Shown here: positions 45,101 through 57,432 of the stretch, piece by piece
Layout of the letters: each line of letters opens with the position of its first letter
Numbering within the stretch: the stretch's first letter is position 1
NCBI GenBank assembly: GCA_950097015.1
Contig: CATNEN010000034.1
Location: 6,944,001 to 7,008,000 of the forward strand
Source of the DNA: Macrostomum hystrix
Lineage: Eukaryota > Animalia > Platyhelminthes
Reading direction: 5' to 3'
Length of the DNA: 64,000 bases
Made by a program: the position numbers and the translations under genes
The notes under the pieces: generated by a model
Databases searched by the model: none
What the model saw: only the letters and a program-made list of their open reading frames with translations
Told to the model about the DNA's origin: nothing

Positions 45101-48100
45101 CAGTCAAAGCCATCCTTTACCACAGTCAGTGTCGTGAAACACTGTCAAAGCCATCAGTTACCACAGTCAGTGTCGTGAAACACTGTCAAAGCCATCCTTT
45201 ACCACAGTCAGTGTCGTGAAACACTGTCAAAGCCATCCCTTACCACAGTCAGTGTCGTGAAACACTGTCAAAGCCATCAGTTACCACAGTCAGTGTCGTG
45301 AAACACTGTCAAAGCCATCCCTTACCACAGTCAGTGTCGTGAAATGCTGTCAAAGCCATCAGTTACCACAGTCAGTGTCGTGAAATGCTGTCAAAGCCAT
45401 CAGTTACCACAGTCAGTGTCGTGAAACACTGTCAAAGCCATCCCTTACCACAGTCAGTGTCGTGAAATGCTGTCAAAGCCATCAGTTACCACAGTCAGTG
45501 TCGTGAAATGCTGTCAAAGCCATCAGTTACCACAGTCAGTGTCGTGAAATGCTGTCAAAGCCATCAGTTACCACAGTCAGTGTCGTGAAATGCTGTCAAA
45601 CAATGTGGAGCACACGGACACTTCTTTCAATTTAGATTTGACAGATGAGTAATGTGAAGTATATCCGAAGTTAAGTCCCTCGAGACTTTTTGTAGTTGAC
45701 ACCGAAGGGACAGCACCCCAACAGCAGGCGACTGCCTCTGCAATTACCTTGATTAACAAACTGTTCGCTGCAGAAATCTGGTGCGATAGTTGAGCAGCAC
45801 TCATCACTCAATGTTTGTTCTTTTCAGCTTTGTCATCTCAATCACTAGCTGGAGCCAAGCCCGGCTACAGTTGCCAAGGTGGCTATGACATAGAATGAGG
45901 AGTGCACGATTTTCATCAACAAATGTCAACCGAATCGAAAATTACAGCCTGCTGTGCTGTGCAAAAAATGAAAAGTCTATGATTTGGCTATGCGTGATGA
46001 ATTCTTTTGTACTGATTATTTTAGATGACAAATTGAATAAAGAAATGTCTCACAGAAATAGGAGAAAATGCGCACATCTTTGGATCAATTTCGACCCCCG
46101 TCTATCGTTAAGGAATATCAAACGAATAACTTATCAATAGTAAACAGAACAGTGCTTGAGGGACCTGTATCCCACCCTGACCAACTATTCGACCATATTG
46201 ACCGATTTGCTGCATCCCTTCAACTTGTGTGAGTCGCCTATATTGGTTTCACGTGGTATTCCATTGTTTTTTTAAGGATCTTGCGGAAGATAAATCCTTG
46301 CCGGTGAAAAACCCGATAAAAATGTTTCGCTTCATTTCATTCCAGACTATTCGCATAAATAAATGGTACACCAAAGCTTGAAGTACGGTAGTCAAAGTGC
46401 ATGAAGCACGAGCCAGCCTCGGGGCTCGTACATGTAGTTGGAACAATTATTCAAATTTATGTGCTACAAAATTATGCCACTAACAAAATAGGCCTGTTTC
46501 AAAACTAACTTGTCCCTTACTCACCTGTCTATGCTGATTGCCACCAGATTGAGTATGGAAGCAGTGGAGAACAAGGCGTCGCACATAATCCACAGGTCGC
46601 ATAGTACGGTCGCGAAAGACCAGACCCCATCCATTACCTGAAAAATGTGAATTCGAAATTAGATTATCTACTCACTTGTTCGATAACAGCATCAGGTCCT
46701 GCTAGCATTCTGGCTAGGGCATCAGGTCCTGCTAGCATTCTGGCTAAGGCATCAGGTCCTGCTAGCATTCTGGCTAAGGCATCAGGTCCTGCTAGCATTC
46801 TGGCTAGGGCATCAGGTCCTGCTAGCATTCTGGCTAAGGCATCAGGTCCTGCTAGCATTCTGGCTAGGGCATCAGGTCCTGCTAGCATTCTGGCTAGGGC
46901 ATCAGGTCCTGCTAGCATTCTGGCTAGGGCATCAGGTCCTGCTAGCATTCTGGCTAGGGCATCAGGTCCTTATAGCATTCTGGCTAAGGCATCAGGTCCT
47001 GCTAGCATTCTGGCTAGGGCATCAGGTCCTGCTAGCATTCTGGCTAAGGCATCAGGTCCTGCTAGCATTCTGGCTAGGGCATCAGGTCCTGCTAGCATTC
47101 TGGCTAGGGCATCAGGTCCTGCTAGCATTCTGGCTAGGGCATCAGGTCCTGCTAGCATTCTGGCTAGGGCATCAGGTCCTGCTAGCATTCTGGCTAGGGC
47201 ATCAGGTCCTGCTAGCATTCTGGCTAGGGCATCAGGTCCTGCTAGCATTCTGGCTAGGGCATCAGGTCCTGCTAGCATTCTGGCTAGGGCATCAGGTCCT
47301 GCTAGCATTCTGGCTAGGGCATCAGGTCCTGCTAGCATTCTGGCTAGGGCATCAGGTCCTGCTAGCATTCTGGCTAGGGCATCAGGTCCTGCTAGCATTC
47401 TGGCTAGGGCATCAGGTCCTGCTAGCATTCTGGCTAGGGCATCAGGTCCTGCTAGCATTCTGGCTAGGGCATCAGGTCCTGCTAGCATTCTGGCTAGGGC
47501 ATCAGGTCCTGCTAGCATTCTGGCTAGTTAGAAACCAAGTACACCTAATCTAGAGTCAATTATTCAATCATAGTTTCAACAATTTCTCGCTTAAACTGAG
47601 ATTCAAACCCTAGACCTTTCGCTTGGGATTTTGAAGCTGTAGCAGCATTTTGTACAATAAAACAATTAGTTCACTACTAAAAAGCTTGATTATATTCCAG
47701 TGCCAGCTATACAGGCAGTATTTTCTGAACAAAGTGCTTTGCAAGACTGAATTCAAGGACACTATGCTTAATACAGCGGCTATACTGAAAGGAGTACATA
47801 TTGTCAATCGAGCAAATCGATTTATCCGGATTATAATCGCTGAAAGAGATGTCCTGCAACCAGAGCTGACACACATGAGCTGGCACAACCACACGCCCAC
47901 CTATATATTATATTTATACTCGGCCTTAGCTAAACATCTCACTGATTTCAATTGATAGCAATGATTGCACTGACAAATCAAAGATAAAAAATACCTTTGC
48001 AGCATGATCAAATGCGTCAAGGAAATGACACCTGAGTCCATGTTTTCAGAGATATTAATTTTCACCTCTACACGATAAATTATTCGACCAAAAACCTCGC

Positions 48101-48401
48101 TTGAGTTAACTTTGTGGCAGTCTGGCACAACGACACTGACATCCTCGAGCTCGCTGCTCCCCAGAGTCCGGCCAGGCCAGTGTCAGGTTGTTCATCAAAA
48201 GTTGGCTGACACCTTCTCTTCAAAGTATTCTCAACTGTCCAGCCGTAGCTCGATCAATCACTGGCGAGTCGCAAATATAAAAGTGCCCCCCACCCGGGTC
48301 TTGTCCCCAGTGCCAGTCATTGCCAAATCTTATTTTCACTCACAGATTGCAGTGGGGCAGAGGCAAAGCGGAAGGTATAAAATGTGAGGGCGCCTCGTAG
48401 C

Positions 48402-48442
<41 letters not shown>

Positions 48443-51400
48443 GTGTCTGCTTACTAAAGCGCCTTTCAAGACACAGCTTGGGGGGGACAAAAGGGCCGTT
48501 CCTCCCTCCTCAGAGTGGCGGAGTTTCATCCCAAGAGGACCGTTTCCGGACTGCGGGTCCCCCGACGAGAATCCTGCAGAGAGGGGAGCATGCATTCAAC
48601 TAGCCAGGGTCGGCCAACGCTGCTCCGACTAAAGAAATCCCACTTCCCATGTTCGCCCCTCACTCTTTTCCTACACATCCAATTGGCTTCTTGACGGGTG
48701 CAGCGGCATGCCACAATACAATGGCCGCTGAAGGTCGGCTGATTCTTACAAGGTTGAAGACCAGGCACTGCACTGTCTCACTAACAATGGCACTTTACTT
48801 GGCTGAGCATTAATGACAACAACAAAATAGGCCTGGTGTGCTCCCTGGAGTTCGATTCTGCCGCGGATAAAAACTCAGCTAGACCCTATGGAGCTGGTAG
48901 CTCAGTGGTTAGAGCACATGGCGTCTGAGGTCGAGGTTTGAGTCCCAGCCCAAGGGAAACCGTTTGTGTCCCAAACAGTAGAAAGGCAGCGCTATTTTTC
49001 CCCTGGGGAAAGAACACGGGGGGACATTTCAAAGTACCCGCTGCCTACTTCAAGGTAGCTCCCAAACCGAATGACCGATTTTCGTGAGAAAGTCCACCAT
49101 TTGGATCCAAATTTTCTCCCTTTACGATGAACTAACTTTCAAAGCCGTCCGAGCCAAGGACAACTGACATAGCTCTGGATAAGCCTCCATTGTAAATCCT
49201 TATTGGCTCAAAGAAAAAAAAAGTATTTTATCAATCCCAAATAGTCTAAAATGATAGCTGACATGATGAAATTTTGTGAGTCGAAAAATGATGCCGATAT
49301 TCGCGGTTTTTGCCACCAGACACCCCGACGAGAAACGTTGAATATCTTGACGATGCTGATGTTTTGTGATTCGGAAATTGTTCGGAATTTCGGAATTAGT
49401 CATTTAGGAATTCGTCTTCTCTATTCCTAAATGAAATCACCGAATAATTGTCCTGGAGAAATTCTCGATCCTTTTCATTCGTGTTGCCTCCCAAAGCGAT
49501 TAATCTTCCAATCCCTTTTCGTGCTCTCCTTTAAGCTTTCAGCAAACAATGCGCATGAAATTGACTCAGGAAGTTTTGCTGGAAAGATTTACTTGACAAG
49601 CTCAACTGAGTCGCAACTGGTGATTCTATTGAGCAGTAAATTCTGCGTGTTGGATCATTCTAGAAGGGATCAAAGGGCCCCGACACTGTCTGAGGAAAAT
49701 TTTCAAGGTCAAAACTGTTAAGCAAACTCTTTCTCTCACCTATTTGCATTCTTTCGCACATCCGGTCTGGTAAATTTTTTATCAAATAATTAGCAAGCAC
49801 TCAGGTAAGGGTAGGTGAGCGCCCTTCTATTATGAATTTCTTAATAGAAATTGTGGCGAGCAAGTTGCAAGCACTACACTGCGCTAGTTTTTGGAAATTA
49901 ACAGTAGAACTACCAGGGGGGCCAATTGTCTGTGCTGCCCCCGAACGGAGCAAAGCAAGCACACGAAACTCAAGAGCACGGGCCAACATTTTGTTGCGCA
50001 TCTTCTGAAATAATAATCAATTGGCCAGCTCTTCAGACCGTCGAGACATTCAATGGTTCTGGCGTAAGGTCTGATTTTTCCCATAAGCGCTAGTGTATTT
50101 CATACACCCCTAATCAGCACTGCACCTCAGTGCGGCCTTGCCAGGCCTTCAAAATTTATCAGCATGTCACCCGAATGTGCCTGCATCGTCTCCCGTCATC
50201 GGTGGTCACTCACCATTATATAGACGGACTGCTGGACTGTTATAGGGCTACAACACACTTGAATTTCTTCAATTTCACAGATCAAGCCAAAATATTTGGA
50301 CACCCTCGCCTAGTCTGTCAACCAATCAGTCACCACCTCGCCTAGTCTGTCAACCAATCAGTCACCACCTCGCCTAGTCTGTCAACCAATCAGTCACCAC
50401 TTCGCCTAGTCTGTCAACCAATCAGTCACCACCTCGCCTAGTCTGTCAACCAATCAGTCACCACCTCGCCTAGTCTGTCAACCAATCAGTCACCACCTCG
50501 CCTAGTCTGTCAACCAATCAGTCACCACCTCGCCTAGTCTGTCAACCAATCAGTCACCACCCAGCGCTGTTAGCAGTCAGCCGCTTCCAAAAATGTTTCA
50601 GGGGGGGAATCTCCCCCTTTGTATAAAAACGGGCGGCAAAATGGCGTTGTAGTCCTACTGTTAATAATTCACAGGTGAGTGTATTTCAAGTGCAGTTAAT
50701 TCCCAGATTAGCGCTGTTCATCCTGCCTCATTATATCGATCATATTTTAGCATCATTGGCGATGACATAATTTCGCGATTGGCTCAGCAGTGGGGCTGGC
50801 AGATAAGCTGCGGAGATTAGTAACAAGAGCTTATCGACTGCAGTCGACGAAAGTGCAGAGCAGAGCTTGCCGCTGTCTCTGAGAACTGCCACCGGAGACT
50901 GAGTAGTGTAGGAGTGGGGGATAGGTGGGCTCCCAGAGACACGACAGTCGTGCAGGAAGCTGCAGACTCAGTAAGGAGGAACTAATGGACTTCCTTATTT
51001 CTCCTGGAGGCGGGGCGGCGGGGTGAGGCGGCCTCCTTCTGATAAGAAAATCGGTCTAATCCATTGGGCGGGGGCCGAGGCCTGTGTATGCACAGACATG
51101 CGCGCAAATATACAAACAGCTCAACTGCGATCGGCCCCCCGGACTAAAAAAACCGTAATAGCATCGAGATCCCACTTCTCGGGCCGATGGATCGGCAGGG
51201 AGAAAATCCCATTTGACTGTCCCAAAAAGGGGAATCGGCAAGTTTACTCCCCCGCCACTATTCGCATGATCTCCCCTCTCCCACTCAAGCAGGAGTCTAA
51301 CGATGTCATTTAGACCCGTCCAGTTGTAATCCAAGAGTTCTCAATTCGCCGTGCATAGAGAGCTGCGTGGGACTTGCCTAGGAGCTCAGGAGCCGCTCAG

Positions 51401-53628
51401 GTAGCACACGCAACTCAGGCTACCAAAAGTGCCGCAAGCTGAAAACAGAGAGCGTAACTAACTACAGGAAATCAGGCCCCTAATCACGGATGGCAGGGAC
51501 AAGAATTATGATATACTGCACGACCTGAACAAAATGATGTACACTGCAGTTTCATGACACATCAAACTGACACTGCAGTTTCATGACACATCAAACTGAC
51601 ACTGCAGTTTCATGACACATCAAATTGACACTGGAGTTTCATGACACATCAAACTGACACTGCAGTTTCATGACACAAAAACTGACATTGCAGTTTCATG
51701 ACACATCAAATTGACACTGGTGTTTCAGTACACCGTATAGATTGACACTAGCTTTCTCATAGCCAATTTTGACACCTTGATTTCTGGTGTGCTCGTGATG
51801 ACTTCAGATTTCCGACTACCGAGAGGTATTTAGTTTTTCCTGAAGACTTGTGTGCTAATTTCTAATGCTTATATATAATATTAAGCAGCGATCTCTAATA
51901 CTTCACCCTGGCTTTGCGGCCGGGAATTTAGTGACAGGGCCAGTCTGAGTTATAATAGACTCCCTGAGCCAGCCTCACAGCCAGGTGCAGAATGAACAGG
52001 CCCTTCCTCATCATTATTCCCTCTTGTAGCCCGGAGCCCAGAGAGGCCCGGACACCGGCCTGTCCCGGAAGCAAGCTCCGGGCAAACCCGGCCCCTTCAT
52101 AGCAAGTAGAAGCGCAGAGGCAGGTGGCGTCGGCTGCTCCGGCGGCGGCGATGTCGGGGTAGAGAGGCTGGAGTCTCAACCATAGCTGGAGTTTGCCGGT
52201 AAGAAGCCATCGGTAAAAGTTAATTTAATTCAGGTAACAATCAACTGGAGAAAAAGCGGAGTCGCCAGAGCTGCCGTGAGTGTCTGCTATCCTTCTCCTC
52301 TCCCTCCCTCCCACGCCAATAACAATGGGATATCGCCCAGGGTCTCCTATCCTCCCAACGTCCGCAGTCCGCAGAAGAATTTCTTCAAGGCTCCAACCAC
52401 TCAAACCATTATATCAATTTACCTCCATTGTAATAGAGTCTTGATGGCAAGGCAGAGGCTGAAACTGCTGATTTGGGGCTGTGCATTGGTGCAGAACAGC
52501 CTGGTTGTGCTAGAATGGAAGTCGAGCGGGAGGGCAAATATAGGATGCCAAGATGAGGAGGGAGACACCGTTGCCACATATCCTCACTGTAATCAGATTT
52601 GGGTCGCAAAAGTGCTTTAACCCTCCGCCCCCCAATCCCCCTCGGCGCGGGCCGTTTGCCGTCCGGCTTTATATGCAAAGCGGCAACTGTCCTCATGTTT
52701 GTGTATCGTTTGAGCATGAGTCTGCTCTCTCTCAGTCCAGCCCCCCCCCAGTTTTCCTGTCGTATCAGTATCAAGACCGAAATCCCTGCCGGTCGCTGCC
52801 AGAAATTACGCGACGGAAATCTCTTTCAGTCTCTCTCTCTCTGTGTATGTGTGTGCCGTATTTGCACAGGACAGCCAGTGCCCCTTCTGGTCCTCCCATT
52901 GTTTTCTGCCTGCAGACTGGTTAGTTAGACAAGGAAAACAAGTCGACGAGCTGCTGCTGCTGCTGCTGTCATGTGCACTGAGAAGCTCTTAGAGATAAAA
53001 CTAAAAACCCAGGGAGAAAAAAAAGAAGGAAAGTAATTTCCCGAAAACTCAAAGGTCCTGAGAAACGTAGCACAGCCTAACGAGCTGGTTGGCGTGACAC
53101 CTTCAATTGCTGCTTGTCGCTTCAGAAATTTTAATTAGCCCTAAACCCTTATTAATCCTAATAAGCAATAATCTATTAATTGCACTCTGCTGACCTTAGG
53201 TCCGCGGGCTGGCTAAAAATAGACATCAAATTCCAAGACATCGTTGGGTGCGATTGTTGCGATAGATTCCTGATGTGTCTGGTGCAGATTTATTTGCACT
53301 CACCTCAACGTAGACAGAGATCGGCATGACAATGGCGCCCACCAGGATGTCCGCAAAGGCCAGGGACACTATGAAATAGTTGGTGACTGACTGCAGACTG
53401 CGCTCTCTGTACACGGCCATTGCAACCAGGATGTTGCCGAAAATAGTGAAGCAGGGGAACACCAGCAGACCGAGCACCCAGAAGCGTCGCTCGGCTTGCA
53501 GCTCCTCCGGAGCAGATGTGGCGTTGAGCGATGCTGTTGAGTTCAGCAGTAGGCTAATGTTGGACAGCGCCAGCTGCGACAAGTTGCTGAAACTGCTGCC
53601 GTTATTGCTCACCAGTTGCTGCTGTGGA

Positions 53629-53659
<31 letters not shown>

Positions 53660-53729
53660 GCGCATTGACAGGCGAGGAAGAGTCAAGCAGCAAGGCTCTG
53701 AGAAAGTTCTGCCTATCTAAGGCGGTCAT
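33148..53729 (-). CDS. DRD2: D2-like dopamine receptor (invertebrate Dop2R/DOP-3 type). Exons (minus strand) 53729-53304, 46637-46525, 42543-about 41982, about 41270-40876, 33380-33148; about 575 aa
   Basis: TM1-2: [38 protein letters not shown]3: [26 protein letters not shown]|[20 protein letters not shown]5: [15 protein letters not shown] (three serines). TM6: [14 protein letters not shown]|[12 protein letters not shown]7: [27 protein letters not shown]. Short C-tail and long ICL3. The ICL3 junction is unresolved. Confidence 0.9.
33455..33560. repeat. 12-bp (TTTAGATTTAGC)n repeat next to the last receptor exon
   Basis: Directly visible. Confidence 0.85.
34425..37636. repeat. 3.2-kb satellite of 18/20-bp units (CTCTCTGCTTATCTCACAGT) in the last receptor intron
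   Basis: Directly visible; it explains ORFs 34390-35799. Confidence 0.97.
38270..39780. repeat. 22-bp minisatellite (CCCGCTTCTAGCATCCTTCAGA variants) embedded in a dispersed repeat
   Basis: Tandem units; the flanks at 38110-38190 and 39830-39930 match 49060-49150 and 49250-49350. Confidence 0.92.
40240..40575. repeat. 83-bp tandem repeat, about 4 copies
   Basis: Period of 83 (about 40242, 40325, 40408, 40491). Confidence 0.9.
41350..41890. repeat. About 39-bp C-rich repeats filling the ICL3 intron of the receptor
   Basis: CTGATACACCCACCTCACTCCCTGTCCCTCTGCCCCA units. Confidence 0.9.
42520..42845 (-). repeat. 9 tandem copies of a 37-bp unit made of the receptor exon-3 splice acceptor plus the first exon codons
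   Basis: Minus-strand unit CACACATTTTTAG|GTTCATCGCAGTGACCCAGCCAAT; only the copy at 42543 continues into the ORF. Confidence 0.92.
43057..43480 (-). mobile_element. Possible degenerate P-element-like transposase C-terminal fragment
   Basis: [20 protein letters not shown]...[14 protein letters not shown] loosely resembles the YIAG..CxxC..GGLIFPS..AE segment of the element at 12865-13437. Weak similarity. Confidence 0.3.
43490..43890. repeat. 14-bp repeat (ACAATCTGACAGAC)n
   Basis: Directly visible. Confidence 0.93.
44780..45600. repeat. 41-bp minisatellite with an internal hairpin (CAGTGT-CGTGAA-ACACTG), about 20 copies
   Basis: Period of 41; no unique spacers. Confidence 0.95.
46690..47528. 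repeat. 30-bp minisatellite (GCATCAGGTCCTGCTAGCATTCTGGCTAGG), about 28 copies, next to the acceptor of receptor exon 2
   Basis: Directly visible; it explains the [10 protein letters not shown] ORFs. Confidence 0.96.
48890..49350 (+). mobile_element. tRNA-like SINE head followed by a dispersed repeat shared with 38110-38190 and 39830-39930
   Basis: A-box TAGCTCAGTGG (48898) and B-box-like GGTTTGAGTCC (48935). AGCTCCCAA.CCGAATGACCGATTT, TTACGATGAACTAACTTTCAAAGCC and GGTTTTTGCCACCAG.CACCCCGACGAGAA.CGTTGAATATC occur in both copies. Confidence 0.6.
50304..50560. repeat. 32-bp minisatellite (CCTCGCCTAGTCTGTCAACCAATCAGTCACCA), about 8 copies
   Basis: Period of 32. Confidence 0.93.
51540..51720. 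repeat. 29-bp repeat (ACACTGCAGTTTCATGACACATCAAACTG)
   Basis: About 6 copies. Confidence 0.9.
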
Positions 53730-56700
53730 TTTTCGTGTGAGTCCGTGGGTGTGTGTGAGCTTGTGTGCTGTGTAAACTGTCGGCGGGATCAGCTGGGGAC
53801 AATGAGGGGTTGAATGGCGCGGCGGTTCTCTTCAGTTGCGCAGAATGCGATCAGTCATTCTCGGGCTGGTCACCCAGAGCCGGCTGCGTCCGCATGACTG
53901 CGCTGCACGACGGCTTGGCTCCTTATAGAAAATGCTGCGGGAGTTCATTTTTAAAAGATTTTGCTGAATTCAGGGTTCTGATATATATTAGTAAGTTGAC
54001 TCGGTTCTGGCAGTTTAAAAGTACATTAGCGCCATCTGAGACTCGTCGGTGCCTATTTTAGCCATAAGAGTTACCATCTGATGTCTGGCGCTTTGCATCT
54101 CGAGAAAGACCCCCTGGAGTCCAGCAATCGGCGCAGCAAAACCACCGACAATGCCTGAATGATTAAGATTGGATAAGATTGGATGGTCACCACAGAATGT
54201 GGAATGAGTACAGCAGGCATTGAAGGCTATTTCTTTAGGAAGAAAAAGCTAGGAGAGATAGCAAGTAAGGTAATAGAGCGCTTCATCAAAGCGGGCTGGG
54301 GTATCCCAAGTCGCGCCAATGAAATATTGCAGCCCTTGCGCTACTCAACCGGAGAATGAGATCGGCGGGCCTTTGTTATCTGGGAGAAAGATGCCATCAG
54401 TGCGTATAGGAAATTGCACTAGTTTTATTTTACCAGAAGACTTTAACTTCATCAGCTCTAGGAGCTGCCGTGCCGTGACGCGCTTGTTTGATTTCTAAAA
54501 AGCTCGACCAATTTTGAACGCTTGATTTGCCCACAGCGTTATTGAATATCCTAAATTACTCTTTACCGCTTCGATGCTCTAGCATAGCTTATTGAGCGCC
54601 AGAGAGTGCCGCTGGAAGTTGATTCGAGTGTTCAAGTTGACTATTGAAGAACGAGTGCTGGCGCTCGTTCCGTGAGCGTCCCACCTGAAACACAATCTTA
54701 AACTGGCCTGTAATAAACTTATTTTTGCCTAGAATTTTTTATTGCATTACGGAATGAACTGCGAGAAAAGTTACTGTGCGGGGTGCCATCGTTTGGAGAG
54801 AGGAGAGGAAAATTATTGACCAAAAAATGAGAATCCACTGGGCTACTGGGCCAACAATGGTCGCAAGCTCCTTGGCGATCGTCCTCACTTGCCCTTCCCC
54901 AGCCAAAATCCCTGGTGTCGCTACGCAGCGAACTAAATTAGTCTGGCACAATGCGACTATAGCTAGGGTGAGTGGACTGTTACTACTTAAGGCTATAGTA
55001 CTTTCTTTAGAGCTGAGCTGCCATCCCAGATTCTGCTTGTTTACCGTTCATCCAAATCTGCTCCTAGAACTGGTCAGTGCATACAGGATTGAAAGCTCTC
55101 AGTGCATGCGGTGATGGTACGACTCGTACTATAAAATGCATCTTTAGGCTTCTACATTTATCATCGGCTCGCAAAGTTAGACCTGTCTAAATTTTGTAAA
55201 GAACTTTATTCGCTTTAATTTTTCAGCATGTACTAATGAACGCACATCCTCATGCAGCCATTTACTGCCGCCTATACCCTTCAGAAAGTAGTCTATGGCC
55301 TTGAAGGGAAGTACGATGTTATATAGTTCAATCGAATTACAACCATAGACTATTTGCGGGGTTAAGTATGTTGCATTTAGCCTACGCGTGTAGAAACGGA
55401 TTTGAAACTCACGGCAGCCCACCCGTTGCCGCTGTCTATGGTTGAATTCGATAGATTATACCAGTTGGCAATGAGGCCAGTGCGTAGCTAATGCTACACA
55501 TAGAAGTCATTGGTTCAAGGGCAAAATGCTTAATATTTAATTCTTAATTCTCCCCAACAAAAAAACGACGACTTCTTTTTTCTTGAAGTCGTCGGCTGAG
55601 GCCTGTTTATTGTTAATTCAAGCTAATACGTATTAGTGAGCACTTGGTTCAGTCGCCGATCTATAGGGGTCGAAGCCGGGGCAAAATCTTGAGCAGTCAT
55701 CCTTATTCTGTCAGCCCACGCCGCTTCATGCAGACGGAAAGAAGCAGAAATTTGAGCCTGGAAACAAATTTCCTATCTCCACTCCAAAGGCGATGCCAAC
55801 TTTACATGGGCGGAGTCCGGCGCAATCAGATTTATCATGGCGACCCGATGCTCGAGGATGGCTAGTAATGACTTCTGAGAATTGCTGAGAGCCACTGGCT
55901 CCTAGCCTAGCGCCTTCGAGCTCAGGAGAGATATTTTCTCGCACGTAGGCGAATCCTTGTAAAGATCTATGCCTCCCGGGAGACTGTCCTGTTTGATTGT
56001 GAGTTCCAATTCTGCTCGGGGGATCTTTTCTTTCGATGCCGGCAGTTTTGCCTATCCGGGCTCAGCTGATGACTGACCCACCACAGTCGGCTAGTTTTGG
56101 GCAGAATTCCACCAGCAACTGGCGCTGCCCATCGCTGACTTTTCCACTGTCATATTTTATCCTTCTCCCATATTGTTATTTAATTGATTCGCACCACTCA
56201 GTACATCTGTTCGCATCTCCATGTGTGACAGTTCTAGTTATTCATTCTTACTTCGTTTTTACACCGGAATTCAACCCTACAGCAGGTGTGGCAATGCTGT
56301 AAATACAGACCACAAAATGCACTTGCTCTAGTGGAGTGGCATGCACGAGAAAGTTGTCTGAACTACTGGCGCCAAGTGGAGCAACGCCTTCATTGGGGAA
56401 GAACAGCGGGGATCGGATTTCGTCTCTCGCGGGGCAGTTTCTCCTTCTTGTGCTCAAGCTAGCAATAAAGCACGCTTTCTTCAGACAAGCATAGATAGCA
56501 GGTCATGTAAATCTTTTCTCACCTGATGTCGCTTTTGTTTCGAAAGTCACTATATCACTGGACGACGCAATTTATTGTCCCACTAGACACCTGTCTCCTG
56601 ACTAGCGAAGGCGGATGACTTCAAAATGACTTGAAAAATAGAAGAAGACAACCCTTTCAATATGAAGGACTTTCTTAGAGCTAAATTGTAACAAATACAA

Positions 56701-57432
56701 TCAAGCCCAGCACGTTTTAGTAGTGACTGTCGGCCCCGCTATCCAATGATCTCCTTGACCAATGACGCAGCTTGTTTACAAAAATATACCCCGCTATTTC
56801 GATTGTCCAATTTCGTCGATGTCGCTATTCGCCGCTTTACACAGCCTACTTGCTGCCAGTAGCTAGCTTGGAGTGTAAGAGATGCATGTGTTTGAGAAAT
56901 ATGTCTCCGTGTTAGCACGGGGCCGGCTTATCCATGAGCGCATTGCTTGAAACCACTTTGAAAGAATCAATTAATTCTGCCGAATGAGAGAATCTATTAA
57001 TTATGTTGAATGAGAGAATCTATTTATTCGTCCCATAGTAAATGGAAGTAATTATTTCAGAGTTTTACTACAATTGTCACCGATCTTGTGGTTTCTCCAT
57101 TGAGTGAAGAGCGAATTACCTCCACTAGAATGTATCAAAGCAATACATAGGCGTCAAAATCAAGCAACTGCGTATCTGACAGCAGACATAAAAGATAAGG
57201 GACTAAAACTGCGCTTGAAAAACAAGCCAGCAAAGTGCTTGTCGATGACAGGCGTGACAGGCCATGGGCGGCGTGAGTGTCCGAGACCGCGTCACCTGCA
57301 GCAGCTCAGCCAGTCCATAAATGAGACCTCAGCGACCGACTGAAGCAGCCCAATCATCACAGTCAACACACAGTCGTGTCCTCAGCTCCGCATCAGCGCC
57401 AAAGCACTCTCGCAATCCACAGCACAGCAGCC

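Noticed and set aside
44780-45600. CRISPR-like regular repeat with an internal hairpin
   Set aside because: Units are contiguous with no unique spacers, there are no cas genes, and it sits in a eukaryotic intron.
46647-47531. [10 protein letters not shown] and [10 protein letters not shown] repeat ORFs
   Set aside because: A 30-bp intronic minisatellite; no independent evidence of coding.
48890-48955. Possible tRNA gene
   Set aside because: A and B boxes are present but no anticodon or acceptor stems can be folded; better explained as a SINE head.
52276-52620. Possible non-LTR retrotransposon zinc-knuckle remnant ([16 protein letters not shown] across a frameshift)
   Set aside because: Too short and degenerate; no RT or endonuclease motifs nearby.
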